Shown one piece after another: positions 62,191 through 64,000 of a DNA stretch of 64,000 nt. Location of the stretch: contig WELA01001462.1 of assembly GCA_009602735.1 (NCBI GenBank), positions 300,895-364,894 of the forward strand. The letters are read 5' to 3'. The stretch's first letter is position 1, and each line of letters opens with the position of its first letter. A model generated the notes under the pieces. It worked only from the letters and a program-made list of their open reading frames with translations, did not search any database and had not been told where the DNA came from. The DNA is from Mesotaenium endlicherianum (Eukaryota). The position numbers and the translations under genes were made by a program.

Positions 62191-63861
62191 ATGGCTCCCA
62201 CCACACAAAAAGAGGACAGAAAGCGCAAGGCAGAAGAAGCCAGGAGGACAATGGAGTAATACCAGAAGGAGCTGGCGGCGACGTCCCTCACCAGGATAGA
62301 ACAAGGAAGGGTCTGCAAACAACAAGAGGCGGCAGAAGAATCACAGAGGAAGAAGGATCAGGAAGCGGAAAACCTCAGGATAGCTGAGGAGGAGAGACAA
62401 AAGAAACAACAAGAAGAAGCGGCAGCGGCAGAGGAGGAGAAAAGGAAAAAGGCTGAAGCGGACAGGCAGATGAGCTTGGCCACTTACAGGTATACTGTGG
62501 TGGGTGGCCAAAACTTTGATAACCTGAAGGAAGCATTGCTGGCAGCCCAGGAGATCAACAAGCTGGAACAGACAACTCTACAGAGGGAAGGAATTGCAGC
62601 ACTGGATAGGTACATTGAGACACACACTGGTGTGGTCCTCTACGAGGATTATGCCAAGATGGTGGGCTATACAGCAGAGCAGGCCCGGTACCTTGCCGAT
62701 GATTCAGAGAACAAGCCAGTCCCAATACCGGGAATAGTGGGAGATTAGAGACTCATCATGGTGAGCATGCGGCCCGATAGCTTTAAGGATACGGTATTCT
62801 ACCTCACACTATTGCCAGCTTACAATGAAGTTGAGAGACGGAGCTGGGAATACTTGGCCAGGGAAGCAGGACAGCAGATGTTCTCTCCCCACTGGTTCCC
62901 ATGTAAACTGAGAAAGGTTGAGCATGGACCTCAGTACTACCAGCAGCCAACAGACTGGAGGTGGATGACCGTCACAAACAAAAAGCAGGAGTGTGACTGA
63001 GCCCAACCAGACAATGTCCACTATGGCCTAGACGGCTACCTCATCCTACCACCTCACATTGCCCCTTGGGACCCCAGGCTGAATGGCTGCCTGAGTAATA
63101 TGAATGCAAAGACCAAAGAGCACAGGAGGAGGAGGAGAGACTACTTCTCTAACGGAAAGCATGCCTTCGTCAAATGGGCGAAGAATGCAGGCCAGATAGA
63201 TATCAGCAGGCTGAAGGCCAAGCAACCTCCAGCGCGCCCTAAGAAAGGGTTATCAGTAGACTACTCCATGTCTACCAGGGAGCAGGACGACTTGGTTGAC
63301 GAGACACCTAATTTCTCAGAGGAGGAGGATGAGGAGGATGAGGAAGAAGAACAAGGCAGAGGAGAAGCATCAGGAGCTGGTACTCAGGAGACCCAGGGGC
63401 AGGCAGGGGCACTTCCTAAGGAACCAAGATCAGGTATATGGAACGTGATCCCGGTCATGGAGGCAACTGGACCCCGCACTCGCTCCCCCAGCCCACTTGC
63501 CCAAGCAAGGGAAGAAGCTGATCTGACTGTACTTGGCAGCAGACACCGGTAGAAATCCCCAGAGGACAGGGGTGCCAGAAGAGGAACACGCGGGGTGGCC
63601 AGAGGTATGCCGGCCTCACCCTTCGCTCAGGGACATGTACCTCTTGCCAATGTATTTCAGCATCCTACTGGAATGTCTGTCTATGTGGGGATCAACACCC
63701 AAGTGGGTGAAGAGCAGGCTACCATCCTTCGTTCACCTCGAGGTCCAACTTTAGAACAAACGGGGTTCTTTAGAAGGCCAGCTGCCAGACCTAGAGGGCT
63801 GTCCAGATCTAGGTCCATATCTCAGTCTCCTGATCCTGAAGACCCAGGAACAACCCCTTAG
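62191..63861 (+). pseudogene. Additional 557-codon ORF of unknown function between pol and the 3' LTR
   Basis: ATG at 62191; ORF-track fragments 62470, 62758, 63100 and 63595 are all in this frame; four point stops (62257, 62746, 62998, 63550) and no frameshift. Confidence 0.8.
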
Positions 63862-64000
63862 GTGACAGGCTGAAGAGGCAGTTAGTGGGGGAGGCTAGTC
63901 AGGTTCAGTTCTCTTATTTAAAACTTCTGCAATTTAATGTTGTTGAGGCGACAACAAGTTAAGTTGGAGGGATTGTAGTGAATCAGTATGTTAGTAGATA

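Larger units (their letters stand above)
56227..64000 (+). mobile_element. Ty3/gypsy chromovirus LTR retrotransposon, nearly full length, inactivated; the 3' LTR runs off the window
   Basis: 5' LTR 56227-56945 (TG...CA); PBS TGGTATCGGAGC 56947-56958; gag, pol, chromodomain; PPT 63961-63973; the 3' LTR begins at 63974 and matches the 5' LTR start at 24/27 nt. Confidence 0.95.

Noticed and set aside
62191..63861. Extra ORF as a retroviral-like env
   Set aside because: No signal peptide or transmembrane segment is visible.

Overview
Eukaryotic nuclear DNA, probably from a streptophyte green alga or early-diverging plant (inferred from plant-type genes and GC-rich GT-AG introns). There are two compartments. 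Positions ~1-36 kb hold six spliced host genes: a GT61 glycosyltransferase (-), a cytokinin-receptor-like hybrid histidine kinase lacking CHASE and both phospho-acceptor residues (+), CCT7 (+), COX5B (+), SEL1L/HRD3 (+) and a small GPI-anchored arabinogalactan protein (-). The ~1.9-kb intron 9 of CCT7 contains four paralogous box C/D snoRNA-like units. Positions ~37-64 kb are a nest of mobile elements. It begins with a six-exon Crypton/Ndc10-type tyrosine recombinase gene whose 3' end is not found. After it come a solo LTR, a ~184-bp satellite growing out of older degenerate repeats, a Harbinger-like MITE and an internally deleted piggyBac. Next is a degenerate Ty3/gypsy-like element carrying a cytosine DNA methyltransferase domain. 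That domain is split just before its catalytic motif by a chromovirus, which has a candidate -1 frameshift signal, a duplicated polypurine tract and an extra 557-codon ORF of unknown function. All exon and element boundaries were read by eye; no searches were run.
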